A DNA stretch of 63,809 nucleotides, filler included, from Octopus bimaculoides (lineage: Eukaryota): the NCBI RefSeq assembly GCF_001194135.2. It is 6 parts of 6 records of this genome, joined end to end, with 100 filler letters (N's around TTAATTAATTAA, not from the genome) between each part and the next. Parts side by side here need not be neighbours in the genome. Positions count along the whole stretch, not along the records: positions 58,792 to 61,488 come from NC_069001.1; positions 61,589 to 63,809 come from NW_026421365.1; 4 more parts are not named here. One strand, 5' to 3'. A program made the translations under genes and the position numbers. Shown in pieces: positions 61,190 to 63,809 of the stretch (positions within the stretch are counted from its first letter, which is position 1; every line of letters starts with the position of its first letter). The notes under the pieces are model-generated. The model searched no databases. It worked only from the letters and a program-made list of their open reading frames with translations, and was not told where the DNA came from.

Positions 61190-61488
61190 GAGAGAAATGT
61201 GTTCGCATGGATGATGGTACGCTTGCATTAAATGAGGATGCAAAGAAAGAGGTCTGGAGATGCCACTACGATAGATTGCTTAATAAAGAGAATGAATGGG
61301 AGAAAGAGAGCCTGCCTTATGTCGACCCAATAGAGGGACCAGCTATCCGAGTTGATAGTACCAGGGTAGATAAAGCAATTAAGAGTATGAAGACCGGGAA
61401 AGCCCCCGGCCCATCAGGAATCACTGCAGAGATGCTCAAAATATCTGGCAGTGTTGGCTATAGCCTAGTCACCCGTATTACGAACCAG
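61190..61488 (+). mobile_element. RTE-clade LINE ORF2 fragment (endonuclease-RT linker)
   Basis: KKEVWRCHYDRLLNKENEW...VDKAIKSMKTGKAPGPSGITAEMLK. Confidence 0.88.
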
Positions 61489-61588
61489 NNNNNNNNNNNN
61501 NNNNNNNNNNNNNNNNNNNNNNNNNNNNNNNNTTAATTAATTAANNNNNNNNNNNNNNNNNNNNNNNNNNNNNNNNNNNNNNNNNNNN
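61489..61588. other. Artificial scaffold linker N44-TTAATTAATTAA-N44
   Basis: Same 100-bp construct. Confidence 0.95.
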
Positions 61589-61625
61589 CCAAACAGACCG
61601 GGTGAAACCGGGCTTAGCTGCTAGT
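61589..61625 (+). mobile_element. Probable Helitron 3' terminus
   Basis: Short GC-rich hairpin CCGG-GTGAAA-CCGG about 9 nt upstream of CTAG (61621-24) followed by T; the upstream part is lost in the linker gap. Confidence 0.5.
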
Positions 61626-61832
61626 ATACATATATATACATGATGACTGCCACTTCTTTACGGAAGAAGGCCATCTCTTCAATTAATAAATACTTTCATG
61701 AGATTTTATATGACTAGCAAGTCCTGCTCTTGACAAACAGACTCTACTGCAGACCTTACAAATATTTTTATGAAGAAAAATGTCTGGGATTGTAGTTAAG
61801 TCCTATCTACGAAGTGCTCGTTTCAAGATAGA

Positions 61833-62530
61833 TTGTTCAATTCTTCGAGTTTCAAATGCTTTACATCGATTGTAGATCATTTGTTTCCAAACCGATCGAT
61901 CTTGCGTCATGTGCTCTCAGTCTTCAACTTTCACCTTAAGAGCCTTAATGTTGCTTTTGACATCCCTAAAATGTTTTTTAGGTTTATGTCTCGGACGTTT
62001 GCCACGCTGCAACTCCCCGTAAAACAACTGCTTTGGCAACCTGTCATCCAGCATCCTAGCAAGGTGCCCAACCCAACGCATATGATTGCGTATGAGGATC
62101 ATTTCAATATTGGAGGTGTTAGCTTGCTGAAGAACAACGGTGTCTGGTGTTAAATACTTCTATTTGATGTCTAGTATCCTCCTTAGGCAAGTCTGATGGA
62201 ATCTTTCTAAAGCCTTGATGTAGTGTTGATATGTCGTCCAGGTGTCAGAAGAGTACAGGATGACTGTTAAAATGCAAGATTCATAGATACTAAACTTGGT
62301 TTTGGAAGTGATACCTCTATCAGACCACACACGATTTTCAAGCCTTCCAAATGCTTTGCTGGCTTTTTCAATTCTCATGTTAATTTCAAAATCAAGGGAT
62401 CCACCTCTAGAGAGAGAGTACTGCCAAGGTAGATGAACGAGTCAACCACATCTAATCTTGTATCCTAGACGAAGATATTAGGTTCAACATTGGGTTGGCC
62501 TGGTGGCTGAGAGAACATGATCTTTGTTTT
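61833..62530 (-). mobile_element. RTE-clade LINE ORF2 C-terminal fragment
   Basis: FIYLGSTLSRE..., RIEKASKAFGRLENRVWSDRGI...LYSSDTW...CLRRILDIK, RWVGHLARMLDDRLPKQLFYGELQRGKR. Confidence 0.9.
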
Positions 62531-63211
62531 CTNNNNNNNNNNNNNNNNNNNNNNNNNNNNNNNNNNNNNNNNNNNNNNNNNNNNNNNNNNNNNNNNNNNN
62601 NNNNNNNNNNNNNNNNNNNNNNNNNNNNNNNNNNNNNNNNNNNNNNNNNNNNNNNNNNNNNNNNNNNNNNNNNNNNNNNNNNNNNNNNNNNNNNNNNNNN
62701 NNNNNNNNNNNNNNNNNNNNNNNNNNNNNNNNNNNNNNNNNNNNNNNNNNNNNNNNNNNNNNNNNNNNNNNNNNNNNNNNNNNNNNNNNNNNNNNNNNNN
62801 NNNNNNNNNNNNNNNNNNNNNNNNNNNNNNNNNNNNNNNNNNNNNNNNNNNNNNNNNNNNNNNNNNNNNNNNNNNNNNNNNNNNNNNNNNNNNNNNNNNN
62901 NNNNNNNNNNNNNNNNNNNNNNNNNNNNNNNNNNNNNNNNNNNNNNNNNNNNNNNNNNNNNNNNNNNNNNNNNNNNNNNNNNNNNNNNNNNNNNNNNNNN
63001 NNNNNNNNNNNNNNNNNNNNNNNNNNNNNNNNNNNNNNNNNNNNNNNNNNNNNNNNNNNNNNNNNNNNNNNNNNNNNNNNNNNNNNNNNNNNNNNNNNNN
63101 NNNNNNNNNNNNNNNNNNNNNNNNNNNNNNNNNNNNNNNNNNNNNNNNATATATATATATATATATACATACATACAGTGTGTATAATATAGTATAATAT
63201 ATATACAGTGT

Positions 63212-63624
63212 GTACGGTTCACTTCAGTCCATTATCATTGAAGATTTGGGTACGATACGCGTGTCTCTAAGTTTGTGCCAAAGCTGCTTTCAGCTGACCA
63301 AAAAGAAACTCGGGTTTCAGTTGCACAAGATCTCCTTGATTGTGTCGAGAACGAGGAAAACATTTTGAAAACTCTGCATAGGCCTCTGAATTGATGCAGA
63401 TTCTCTGCTAAACTTTCTCTGTTATGGTTATAATGCGACAGTCACGCGCTACACACCTTCCTTCCAAGCGCTGCTGTAAACAGCTGAATGAGCTAGAACG
63501 TTAAAACTTAGTGCGTATGTACAGTAAAGTTCAAGGTCAATCTGTGCCAAGCAGCTTTACTCTGCGTGATTTAGCTTCGTTTTAATATGGCAACAGTCCG
63601 GATACTTATTGATCAGATTACGTA
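63212..63624 (+). mobile_element. Mariner relic: transposase fragment plus right TIR
   Basis: KFVPKLLSADQKETRVSVAQDLLDCVENEENILKTL (63269-63376; WVPxxL-like motif) and terminal CAGTCCGGATACTTATTGATCAGATTACGTA (63594-63624). Confidence 0.8.
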
Positions 63625-63809
63625 TACAATGCATGCATATAATATACATATATATATACAATGTATAATATATATATATATGTATGCACAATGTGTACAA
63701 TATACATAGATATATACAAGGTATATAATGTACATTTATAGATATATACAATGTGTATAATATACATATATACGTATATATATATATATATATACGTATA
63801 TATATATAT
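63625..63809. repeat. TA/CA-rich low-complexity tract
   Basis: Direct read. Confidence 0.9.

Overview
AT-rich eukaryotic genomic DNA, most likely from a coleoid cephalopod (Octopus-like). That assignment is inferred from the SINE/LINE repertoire and extreme microsatellite density and was not searched. The draft assembly is gappy, with about 6 kb of N and five artificial 100-bp N44-TTAATTAATTAA-N44 linkers. I find no intact host protein-coding gene, rRNA, true tRNA or CRISPR array. The window is intergenic or deep-intronic and is built from four tRNA-derived SINE families (my labels A, B, D, E), decayed non-LTR retrotransposons (RTE, CR1/L2-like, two R4/Dong-like, Tx1/L1-like, CRE-like, Penelope-like), DNA transposon relics (mariner, pogo/Tigger-like, hAT-Charlie, a probable Helitron end) and microsatellites. 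Almost all long ORFs in the track are N-run or microsatellite artefacts. The strongest non-trivial signal is a complete-looking type I hammerhead ribozyme at 17632-17720. It lies directly downstream of a 70-bp-arm inverted repeat and upstream of a Penelope-like ORF fragment. Other points of interest are an R4/Dong-like family whose 3' ends terminate in (CATA)n, a 39-bp coding-like repeat whose recurrent stops look like CpG decay of one codon, tandem and inverted SINE arrangements, and a few unverified exon-like islands.
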